Source of the DNA: Octopus bimaculoides
Lineage: Eukaryota
Reading direction: 5' to 3'
Assembly: GCF_001194135.2 (NCBI RefSeq)
Contig: NC_068986.1
Coordinates: 15,992,620-16,056,526 of the forward strand
Length of the DNA stretch: 63,907 nucleotides
The position numbers were made by a program, and so were the translations under genes. The notes beneath the pieces are model-generated. The model was not told where the DNA came from. It ran no database searches and was given only the letters and a program-made list of their open reading frames with translations. Shown one piece after another: positions 50,693 through 60,532 of this stretch; position 1 is the first letter of the stretch, and every line of letters begins with the position of its first letter.

Positions 50693-53226
50693 CGTTTGTG
50701 TATTTTTTGGGGTGATTGGACTAGAGAGAACAAGAACTGGCACGCGGGATGGAGAGTCGCTATAGTGGTCATCGGATGTGTGACGTAAGTTCCCAGACGA
50801 AGGACATTGAAATAAGAACAAAAATATTATAAATCTGAAGTGAAGAACGAATATATAGTGTGTGAAGTCTCCGTGTATTAGCGGATCGGCGAAAGATTGT
50901 AGTTTTGCGAATGGTCACTAATTTCTAAATCATCGATGGGTCTTTGTAAGTAAAATTGCTCCGTGTTCTCACCTGTGCTAGTGCCACATAAAACGTGCCC
51001 ACAATACTCTGTAAAATGACTGTCATTAGAAAAGACAGCCACCCGTAGAAACCAGGTGAAAGCAGACATTATAGCATAGTGTAGTCCTCCAGCTAAGAAG
51101 CCTGCGTATATATATGCATGTATGTATGTATGTATGTATGTATGTATGTATGTATGTATGTATGTATGTATCTATCTATCTATCTCTCTCTCTCTCTCTC
51201 TCACTNNNNNNNNNNNNNNNNNNNNNNNNNNNNNNNNNNNNNNNNNNNNNNNNNNNNNNNNNNNNNNNNNNNNNNNNNNNNNNNNNNNNNNNNNNNNNNN
51301 NNNNNNNNNNNNNNNNNNNNNNNNNNNNNNNNNNNNNNNNNNNNNNNNNNNNNNNNNNNNNNNNNNNNNNNNNNNNNNNNNNNNNNNNNNNNNNNNNNNN
51401 NNNNNNNNNNNNNNNNNNNNNNNNNNNNNNNNNNNNNNNNNNNNNNNNNNNNNNNNNNNNNNNNNNNNNNNNNNNNNNNNNNNNNNNNNNNNNNNNNNNN
51501 NNNNNNNNNNNNNNNNNNNNNNNNNNNNNNNNNNNNNNNNNNNNNNNNNNNNNNNNNNNNNNNNNNNNNNNNNNNNNNNNNNNNNNNNNNNNNNNNNNNN
51601 NNNNNNNNNNNNNNNNNNNNNNNNNNNNNNNNNNNNNNNNNNNNNNNNNNNNNNNNNNNNNNNNNNNNNNNNNNNNNNNNNNNNTATATATTTATATATA
51701 TATTAATGGTATTTTTGAATAATCTTAAAGCTTATAGCGATCACCGTGCAACGACTAAGGAAAAGAGTCTAATAAAGTGGCATATAAGCCCTCGATAGAA
51801 AAAACGAAGGCTTTCCAACCCGCGTGAGAAAGCCTTTTTTTATCTGTCGGGAGCGTATATGCCCGTTTATTAGACTATTGTCCTCAGTAGTTGTACAGTG
51901 ATCACCATAAGCTTTCAGCTTATTTTAAAATTCTATTATTATTATTTACACTATTGTAAATCACGGCCCTGTATAAAAAGGAATTTATACTGAAAGAATA
52001 TATGTGTATGTGCGCGCGCGATTGTGTATTGTATAATGAATCGAGGGTAAGGCCTGAACAATGCTAAGTAAATGCAACGCAAACCTTAGCAAAACAAATA
52101 TATGAATTAATGTAGACTTACCTTGCATTCAATATTTCGGTATTCTGACACCATTTTCAAAAATTAACGAATGTTGCCGATTAGCGTGTGTGTACGCAAA
52201 TTGGCAACATTCGGTAATTTCTTGAAAATGCGACTCTCTATTCTTTCTATTACTCTTCCGTTTTTTCTCCCTTCCTTTTTCTTCTTCTTTTACCTCCTCT
52301 TCCGCCACTATTCTATCATTTTACTCTTTCGTTTTGTCTCTTCCTGTCTCTTATTCTTTTACCTCCCCTTCTCCCACTCTTTTTGTCTCTCATCCTATCT
52401 CCAAATCTTTTCTTCTCACCTTCACAGTTCTCTGTTTATCACTCTCTCTCCCTGACTCCTCCTCCTTTGCTCACGCGGCTCCCACGTGACCATCGGCCAT
52501 TTTTCTTTCTTCTTCTGACTTATGTTTCATTGTTTCTTCCTGCTGTTGCTGGACAAGTAATACGTATTCTTGACTCTCTTTTGTCCAAGCTTGTTTCTTC
52601 ACGTTCACCACCACAAACTTGTTTAGGCTTTGCAGCCCTTGCTGTTTGTTTTCACTGTCCTCTTTTTGTCACCAATTTTGACCCTCCGCAAAATCCCAAA
52701 TTTTATTTAACTTGCTTTGCAGGAGAAACTGTTTTATCGAAGGCGTATCTTGTGGTGAATTACTCGAAATGCGGATTAGAAAAACAACCGACAACTGATG
52801 AAGGGTCGTTCTTTGTGTTGTTTGTCTTGTTTTCCATTTGTTTCTTTCGTTGTTCGCAAAAAATTCATATTCCATGTCCTCGTAATTCGTATTTTTGTTC
52901 TTTACGTTTTGTGATGTCCTCTGCCCACATATGCATATGTATATACCTATACTTGTAAGTATTTACGTATATGTATANNNNNNNNNNNNNNNNNNNNNNN
53001 NNNNNNNNNNNNNNNNNNNNNNNNNNNNNNNNNNNNNNNNNNNNNNNNNNNNNNNNNNNNNNNNNNNNNNNNNNNNNNNNNNNNNNNNNNNNNNNNNNNN
53101 NNNNNNNNNNNNNNNNNNNNNNNNNNNNNNNNNNNNNNNNNNNNNNNNNNNNNNNNNNNNNNNNNNNNNNNNNNNNNNNNNNNNNNNNNNNNNNNNNNNN
53201 NNNNNNNNNNNNNNNNNNNNNNNNNN

Positions 53227-53265
<39 letters not shown>

Positions 53266-54164
53266 TATAGTATATATATATATACATATATACAACACAC
53301 ACATAGACAGACACAAATATGTGCAAATATATATACACACATATACATGTGTACATATGCTCATATCCACATATACGCATACAGATATACATCTATGTAC
53401 ACAAGCGCACGTATATGTGTTCCGTTATATCCCACTGTGATTGATTGCAGATTCTTATGTTCTTCCGATTCTACGCACTTAAGATATTTTCTATTACGAA
53501 ACATTATAATTTTCTTCTACTAAATTGTATGAGTAGAACGATCATTAATCTCTCTGCTTCAGCTTTGATCCAAATTATTTGGTGTCTTTGTTTTATCTTG
53601 AGTTTTCATCAACTATGCTTTTGCATATATTTATCATACTATCTCCCGACCATACTTATGTTTTATTGAGTCTTACACTTGCATTCTCTGTATAATGTAA
53701 TCATTTCTCTCTTCGATGTAGATTTTATAACACATCCGCGTTTCCATCTGCTAATATCTATACATTCATATATGTTCGCAAAATAGAGTGTGAAACATGT
53801 TTGTATGTATTTTTATAACTTTCTATGTACTGTGTCTCGCTGCTTTCGTTTTTCGTCAGATACATATGTCAACTCATCGTTATTTTCCCAACATATTTAA
53901 CAACGTTGAAAAACGTAATGTGCCTGAAATTTTTATTCCTATTAATGTACTGAAAGATAAGTATGATAAAATACTAACATACACCTAACGTGTTAAGAAA
54001 CCTATTTCTCTAAATTCATGCTTCCATATTCACTGTAGATCGGTAAATGATATGTTAATAAACAATACAAGTTAGATATTTCAGTTCTAAACGCAATTAA
54101 TTAATCAACGATACATGTTGACAAATTCCACCACTATTCCAAAGAATTCTATATTATTTATCTG

Positions 54165-54350
54165 TTACATGTTTTAGTCATTAGTCTATCGCCATGTTGG
54201 ATCAGCCCCTTGAAGAATTTTAGCCAGTGAATCAACTATAATACTAACTTTTGAACTTCTATTTGGTCGAACTGCTAACTTACAGGGATGGAAACACGCC
54301 ATCAGCGGTTGTCAAAAGGTGGGTGGGGAGACAAAATAGGTACACTAAGA
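54165..54350 (-). mobile_element. SINE family B tail module, diverged
   Basis: GGTCGAACTGCTAACTTACAGGGATGGAAACACGCCATCAGCGGTTGTCAA aligns with 58040-58095. Confidence 0.55.
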
Positions 54351-54444
54351 CACGCACAGGCGCGCAAAAACACATTTGCGGATGGAATAGGTAAGACGAG
54401 AAAAGAGACGTGGGAGGGAAAGTCATTGAAGTATCCTTAGGATA

Positions 54445-54751
54445 TGTGATAAATGACGATTTGAAGAGGGAAATTCGCAAGTTGTGAGGAATATAGAGAG
54501 TGGACGTGATACCAATTGTAATTGGTGCGCATGAATGTATCAGCACTCAGCTACCAACATGGGTCGAAAAGATTTGTACCAATGTAAAGATAGAGCGCCA
54601 ACAAAAATCACCATTGCTTGGAATTGGAATAGTTCTCCTCAGGTCCCCTGAAGCATGATCAGTAAAAAAGTGCTACTTTAGTCTGCTGGCTGTGGATAAC
54701 TGAGACTGTCTATTATAGCATGTACAATAATCTGAGAGATTTCACCAAATG
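54445..54751 (+). mobile_element. R4/Dong-type retrotransposon extreme 3' end, degenerate, with (TAA)n tail
   Basis: Translates as DDLKREIRKL*GI*RVDVIPIVIGAHECISTQLPTWVEKICTNVKIERQQKSPLLGIGIVLLRSPEA*, resembling the RLE C-terminus of the other copies. (ATA)n follows at 54752-54793. Confidence 0.7.
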
Positions 54752-54796
<45 letters not shown>

Positions 54797-54797
<1 letters not shown>

Positions 54798-55548
54798 CTG
54801 AAAGCATAATCATCGCGGCCTAGGACCAGGCATTGAATACCAACTCAGTGAAAAAGTATAAAGCACAAGTGCATCGGATCTATGCAGAATTTGTGGAAAG
54901 AGGGTCGAAAGTGTGACTCACATTGTTAGAGCTTGTAGAAGTCTTGTCCAGAAAGAGTACAAACGTAGACACCACAGGGTTTCCAATTCCTCTGCTTGCT
55001 ACTATGCCGTAAGTGTGGATATGAGGTTACGGGTCTTTGGTGGCAACATACACCGGAAAAGTTAATGGACGAAAAGGGAAGCCAAAAATACTCTGGGATT
55101 TTGGTCTCCTGATAAAGTGTTAGAGCACCGAAGGCTGATATAGTAACCTTTAGGAGGGACAAACATGAGTGTTCAATAATTTATGTGGCAGTGCCAGGAG
55201 ATCAACATATTATCATGAAAGAAAGAGAAAAAGTTGATAAATATGGAGACCTGAGAATTGAGATCGCTAAGATATGGAAGCTACGAGAGTCGAACACAAA
55301 GGTTATTCCTATTGTCGTCGGAACATTGGGTTCTATACCACCCAATCTGAAAAACAAAATCTGAAAACCTTAGAAATACCCTACAATGGAGATGTATGAC
55401 AAAAGTCGACATTACTTGGAACTGGACGCATATTGCGTAAAGTACTGTCTGTCTGAGGTCCTTGTTGTAACTTGACATACAGTACAAACCCCTGGTAGAT
55501 ATAACCTCTTCAATCAACAACCTCACGATTCTGTGCGACGTCTAGATT
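54797..55548 (+). mobile_element. R4/Dong-type retrotransposon 3' fragment (CCHC knuckle plus RLE), frameshifted
   Basis: TESIIIAA*DQALNTN; CRICGKRVESVTHIVRAC (CCHC); KEYKRRH; KILWDF; DIVTFRRDKHECSIIYVAVPGDQHIIMKEREKVDKYGDLRIEIAKIW...VIPIVVGTLG; LLGTGRILRKVLSV*. Flanked on both sides by (TAA)n. Confidence 0.9.
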
Positions 55549-55549
55549 G

Positions 55550-55618
<69 letters not shown>

Positions 55619-55869
55619 GCAACAACAACAACAACAATAATAATGATAACAACAACAATAATAATCCTTTCTACTACACGCACATAACCTGAAATTTTGT
55701 GGGGGAGGGGGATAGTCGATTTCATAGACCCCAGTACGTGACTGGTACTTAATTAGTCGACCCCGAAAGGACGCAAGGCAAAGTCGACCTCGGCGAAATA
55801 ATAATAACATCAACATCAAGAACAACAACAACAACAACAACAACAACAATAATAATAATAATAATAATA

Positions 55870-55926
<57 letters not shown>

Positions 55927-55950
55927 GTAATAATAATAATAATAATAATA
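55549..55950. repeat. (AAT)n/(AAC)n microsatellite field interrupted by a SINE
   Basis: Direct reading. Confidence 0.95.
55661..55797 (-). mobile_element. SINE family A 3' half, embedded in AAT/AAC repeats
   Basis: GACCCCAGTACGTGACTGGTACTTAATTAGTCGACCCCGAAAGGA..AAGGCAAAGTCGACCTCGGCG on the plus strand. Confidence 0.8.
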
Positions 55951-56091
55951 AGGACTTAAACACAACAATAAGAAGAAAAAGACAAAGAAGTAATATTTGC
56001 GGCGAGTGAGAAAAAATATTGGTTTCAAAGCTGGAAACCAGAAACATAATTTCGACAATAAACTCGCGCGCAGTCGCAGTAGTTCGGTATC

Positions 56092-57385
56092 TCACTGATA
56101 TTCTGAAGGATGCCACAAGGATTTCCTGAAATGCAAACGGAGTTCGAAGACTTCCATTCTGGAGTTAAGAATGTTCCTCGGGTCGAGGGAGTCCTTCAAT
56201 ATCCCCGCCCTTTCGGCTATGTACAGTTTACAACACTTGGTCCCGTATATGTAGGGGCCTAGATTTTCTAAGATTCTCCATATTACGTGTGGAATTCCTT
56301 CGTCCTTTAACTCCCAAATATGACTGGCTAATGATGTAGCATATCTTCTTTCTGGTATCCTAAAAGAGGATCTGTGGTTGGAGAGGTGTTGTTTGAATAT
56401 GCTACCGGGGCATCCGATGTAGCTCTGTGTGCGGGTGTTGGCGATTTTGTATCTGCTGGTGTTGACGCTGCTGCCACCGCAGTTGTTCGTACTGATGTCG
56501 TTGGTGTTGTTATTGGCGTCGTTAAAGGTGGCGATGACGCTGATGCTGATACTACTGGCGTAGGAGACATCAGAGGTGGTGGCGCTGTTATTGGTGTTGC
56601 GGTCATCATGCTGTTGTTGGAGCTGTTGTCGGCGCTATCTTGATGGCTGGTGCTGTCACTTTTGTTATAGTTACCATTTGCGATAGATCTGCCGCCATTT
56701 CTGTTTGAGATACGGCCATTGCTGTCGTCGATCTTGTTGTCGCTGGCGATAATACTATCGCTAATTCTGTTCATATTTCTACTGATGCTGTTTCTGGTAC
56801 ATAACATTCCTGCTAATGTACTAGCCGTCGCTGGAGGTGCTGATGCCGTTGCTGCCGCTTCTAGGGCCGGCTGGCTCCTCAGCTTCATAGACGATTCCCT
56901 TGGTTTCGCAATGACCTACGACTGGGTATCTCTTCTAGTACCTGCATGAGCATCCCGCCTCCACCCATGTTCTATGGGTGCTAACTAAAATGCTTTTAAT
57001 ACTGGGGGCGCGGCTAAAAGAGAACCTTAAGTTGTTCTTGTAGAAAATGCATCCGTGTCAATGTGAACATGCGAAGTGTTTATCAACTGCATTAAAGAAT
57101 ATGTAACTACCACACGCTTATTATGTTAAGGGAGAAGGGATATGCAGGCCAAAATATATCTCTGCGGCCCTTCCTTCTGCAGGTGTTAGGGCCCGGCAAG
57201 AAGGCGATGTGGTCCATAAATCCACTTGCAGCTAATGCCACGTCATAGTAGGAGGCTGCTGTATCAAAAACCTTTTGGCAAGAGGGAATATTCGTGATCC
57301 TCTTGTTAACATCTTTCACCAGGTTTTTGAACACATTGGGTGGGTGGCAGGAGGTTGTGATAAAGAATTCCACACGTAATACCAT
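56092..57385 (-). mobile_element. Penelope-like retroelement, 5'-truncated: RT thumb/linker plus C-terminal GIY-YIG endonuclease (frameshifted pseudogene)
   Basis: Hand translation of the minus strand, across a frameshift and stops, gives SCHPPNVFKNLVKDVNKRITNIPSCQKVFDTAASYYDVALAASG...RRDIFWPAYPFSLN (57385-57107), then FFNAVDKHFACSH*HGCIFYKNNLRFSFS...GCSCRY*KRYPVVGHCETKGIVYEAE (to ~56880). It ends SYIGCPGSIFKQHLSNHRSSFRIPERRYATSLASHIWELKDEGIPHVIWRILENLGPYIYGTKCCKLYIAERAGILKDSLDPRNILNSRMEVFELRLHFRKSLWHPSEYQ* (56424-56092). These match the PLE linker and GIY-YIG motif order as I recall it. Subclade not assigned. Confidence 0.9.
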
Positions 57386-57520
57386 GGAGAATCTTCGAAA
57401 ATCCTGGCCCCTACATAAACGGGAACAAGCGTTGTAAACTATGCATAGACGAACGGACGAGGATATTAAAGGACTCTCTCGACCCGGGGAACACCCTTAA
57501 ATCCAGAATGTAAGTCTTTG
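57365..57520 (+). mobile_element. Inverted copy of the PLE 3' end (pseudo-LTR-like arm)
   Basis: Reverse complement of 56145-56297 at about 85% identity (about 20 mismatches in 136 nt by hand). It translates as IPHVIPWRIFENPGPYINGNKRCKLCIDERTRILKDSLDPGNTLKSRM*. Inverted 5' arms are a known PLE architecture. Confidence 0.85.
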
Positions 57521-57844
57521 GTCCCGGTTTTTACTTTACGAAATTACTGTTTGCGTCCTGGGATCCACACGATAACAGAATCGATTACGAATAACAGCCA
57601 AAGGGAGACAATATTTTTGTTGACAGAGTAACGAAGTCCCTTTCCCTCCATTTTCTAGAAAAGTTAGTTGCTACATAGGCCTGGTGCTAACAGGTTTTGG
57701 GGTCTGATAATACGCTGTAAAGCTAAGAACTTTATGGACATGAAACTCAGTGTAATCCCATACACTGGCTATAGACACCTTTATTCGAAACTTGTTAGTG
57801 TGTGCATTTTTTTCGGATTTTGATTTACCGGCGATATATATATG

Positions 57845-57925
57845 TAGGAGCGACTGTGTGGTAAGCAACTTGCTCACGAACCGCACGGTTCCGGGTTCAG
57901 TCTCACTGTGTGGCACCTTGGGCAA
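57845..57925 (+). mobile_element. SINE family B head fragment
   Basis: CTGTGTGGTAAGCAACTTGC..CGGTTCCGGGTTCAGTCTCACTGTGTGGCACCTTGGGCAAGT. Confidence 0.8.
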
Positions 57926-58125
57926 GTCTTTTACTTGTTTCAGTCATTTGACTGTGGCCATGCTGGAGCACCGCATTTAGTCGAGCAAATCGACTCCAGA
58001 ACTTATTCTTTGTAAGCCTAGTACTTATTCTATCGTTTACTTTTGCCGAACCGCTAGTTTACAGGACGTAAACACACCAGCATCGGTTGTCAAGCGGTGC
58101 TGGGGGTACAAATACAGACACACAA

Positions 58126-58169
<44 letters not shown>

Positions 58170-58179
58170 NNNNNNNNNN

Positions 58180-58211
<32 letters not shown>

Positions 58212-58361
58212 TACGACGGGCTTCTTTAAGTTTCCATTAACCAAATCCACTCACAAGGCTTTGGTCGGCCCGAGGCTATAGTAGAAGACACTTGCCCAAG
58301 GTGCCACACAGTGAGACTGAACCCGGAACCACGTGGTTCGTAAGCAAGCTACTTACCACAG
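57925..58361 (-). mobile_element. Composite SINE family B: tRNA-like head, core, internal (TA)n(TG)n, and tail ending GGTGCTCCAGCATGGCC...TGACTGAAACAAGTAAA
   Basis: Minus strand reads CTGTGGTAAGTAGCTTGC..GGTTCCGGGTTCAGTCTCAC..GGCACCTTGGGCAAGTGTCTTCTACTATAGCCTCGGGCCGACCAAAGCCTTGTGAGTGGATTTGG..GAAGCCCGTCG, then microsatellite, then tail. Head and tail modules recur elsewhere in the window. Confidence 0.8.
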
Positions 58362-58834
58362 ATATATTTACACGATTGAAGCCATTTATCAATGGTTTCT
58401 CTCACTGCTTTGATATTGCTATTTTCTACTATTAATAAAATTGTCAGTCTTTTTAACGACACGTGTGTACCTGTGAACATTTTTATTTTAAATCTGTAGA
58501 ATATGAAGTTATTGATAAATGTATATATTAGTGTGGTGAGTATGGGGCATCATGAATATCCATTATGTGCGTTGCTTCCATCATTGATGTCGTCATTGCA
58601 ATACATGTGTTGATTTAGCGTGTGATAGTAAGGTTACATGTGGCGTATAAAAAATATAGTTTGGGTCTGTTTCGAAAAATTTAGTATGAAATTTAAACGT
58701 GAGTGCGGTGGGTGGGTGGGGAGAGATTGGCGAAGTTGACAAAGAAAAGGAAGTCGAAAGAAGCAGACGGAGAAAAGAAACGAATGTAATAGAAGGGGGA
58801 GAAATAGAAAAAAATAAAAACAGAAACGAAAGAA

Positions 58835-58905
58835 GAAAAAGAAGAAGAAGAAGAAGAAGAAGAAGAAGAAGAAGAAGAAGAAGAAGAAGAAGAAGAAGAA
58901 GAAGG
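58835..58905. repeat. (AAG)n microsatellite within a purine-rich tract
   Basis: Direct reading. Confidence 0.95.
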
Positions 58906-59264
58906 AATGGAAGAAGAAATTAAAGAAGTGGGAGAAGAAATGAAAGAAGTAGAAGAAAAAGAAAAAGAAGAAGGGAGATGAGGAAAGAGGGCAAATGAAG
59001 AGAAGGGGTTGCATCGTAGTTTCTTGGGAGTGTCAAGGAATTTATATCCTTTATTGTGAAAGTCAGAATAAAATGTCAGTTCTAAAAATAGATCTAAAAA
59101 ACGGACAGTCAGCGGGTCACTTCTGTTCTCGAAAATGGCTATAGTTGGTCAGGCGTATCAAAAAATTGGCTTTGAAATAAAATGAAATTTATGATGTTCC
59201 AGTAGGAATGAATTTATTGTCCGCTAGTCATTGAAAATAGCACAGTAACGCGTACACGAGTTTC

Positions 59265-59400
59265 ATGTCTTTATCTTTCGTCTTTAATCGTTTCAGCCAT
59301 TAAACTGTGGCCATGCTGGGGCACTGCAATGAAGGTTTTCAGTCGATCATATTATACCTCATACTTATATTTTGAAAGTCTGATATTAAATTTCTCGATA
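59265..59400 (-). mobile_element. SINE family B tail end
   Basis: GTTTCAGCCATTAAACTGTGGCCATGCTGGGGCACTGC on the plus strand. Confidence 0.6.
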
Positions 59401-59814
59401 TATACACCGAGCTGCAATGTGTTTCTGCATATGTCTGCTTGTGCAACAGTGATACCTTACATTGCCTTTACACAATTTTCTCGCAATTAGTTGGCACTAC
59501 TGACCAGGGACATTGCCGAGTTGAATGTTGTGTGGAGGAGCTGCTATTTCCAGCTCATGCTTGGTGTCGATTCCTATGTTTTCCAGTGGTTCATTTGCGC
59601 TGGATGGGAAACAGAACGCATTATGGAAACACGACGCTATCACGGAGCACTAACGACTTGACTATGTGGAACATCACAGTATAATCTTGACTTTGGAGCA
59701 ATACTCTATCTTATTGTGAACATGCATTCGACAGTCTTCAATAAACTAAATATATTGGCTGTAATATATATATATATATGTATATATCCTTTTCCTCCTC
59801 ATCATCATCATCGC

Positions 59815-59990
59815 TTAACGTCCATCTTCCAGGCATATATGGGTAGGACGGTTCACAGAAGCTGGCCAAGTAGAAAAACTACGCTATGTTACTCTGCTTT
59901 GGCAGGGTTTTTACGCCTGGTTGCCCTTCCAAATGCCAACCACTATACAATGTGGACTTGATGCTTTTTACGTGACGCCAACACTGGTAG
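59815..59990 (-). mobile_element. SINE-like repeat with GGAAGGGCA.CCAG.CGTAAAAA core (resembles the MetaSINE domain as I recall it)
   Basis: Minus strand reads GTGGTTGGCATTTGGAAGGGCAACCAGGCGTAAAAACCCTGCCAAAG and ends next to (GAT)n. The family name is from memory, not a search. Confidence 0.45.
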
Positions 59991-60492
59991 GTTCACCAAG
60001 TAGCTCGCAAGACAGGGAATTACGAGTAGGGGCAGGGGCATTTGAAGACGGCAGCTCGTGTCTAAGATTGACAGGATCGAGACGAAGAGATCTGAGTGAA
60101 GTAGTACGTTAGGTGCATCTTATTATATGTATATTCGTTGACCGCGATAATCAGTTTTATCATGAGATCTACCTATGTTGCAGGACTCGTTTGATTAATC
60201 GCCTTTAAGTGCAACATAATACCGCAGTAAAACTCGTTAGTTGAATAAAGTTATACAATATATTTATTTTCTACTCCTTTTGAGAGAATATATTTTTGCA
60301 CCTTTCAATAAAATATTCAGAGATACAAATGCGTGATTGTATGTGATAGTATGCATTTGTCTCTATGTGTATGTATGTATGTGTGTGTGCTTATGTGTGT
60401 ATTTATGTACATATACATATGCGTATATATATGCATATATATATATTTGTATATATATATTTATATATACATACACACATGTATATATATGA

Positions 60493-60532
<40 letters not shown>

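Noticed and set aside
51801-51841. AAGGCTTTC/GAAAGCCTT hairpin with A and T runs, resembling a bacterial intrinsic terminator
   Set aside because: The context is eukaryotic repeat DNA with no prokaryotic ORFs nearby, and no CTRR follows as expected for a Helitron end. It is probably chance.
52171-52958. Phe/Leu/Ser-rich ORFs as membrane proteins
   Set aside because: They derive from a pyrimidine-rich low-complexity tract, with no recognisable family motif.
56328-56888. 186-aa Ser/Thr/Ala/Pro-rich ORF as a mucin-like host gene
   Set aside because: It lies between the GIY and YIG motifs of a PLE. Its two ends are alternative frames of the element, and no splice or signal-peptide support is present.
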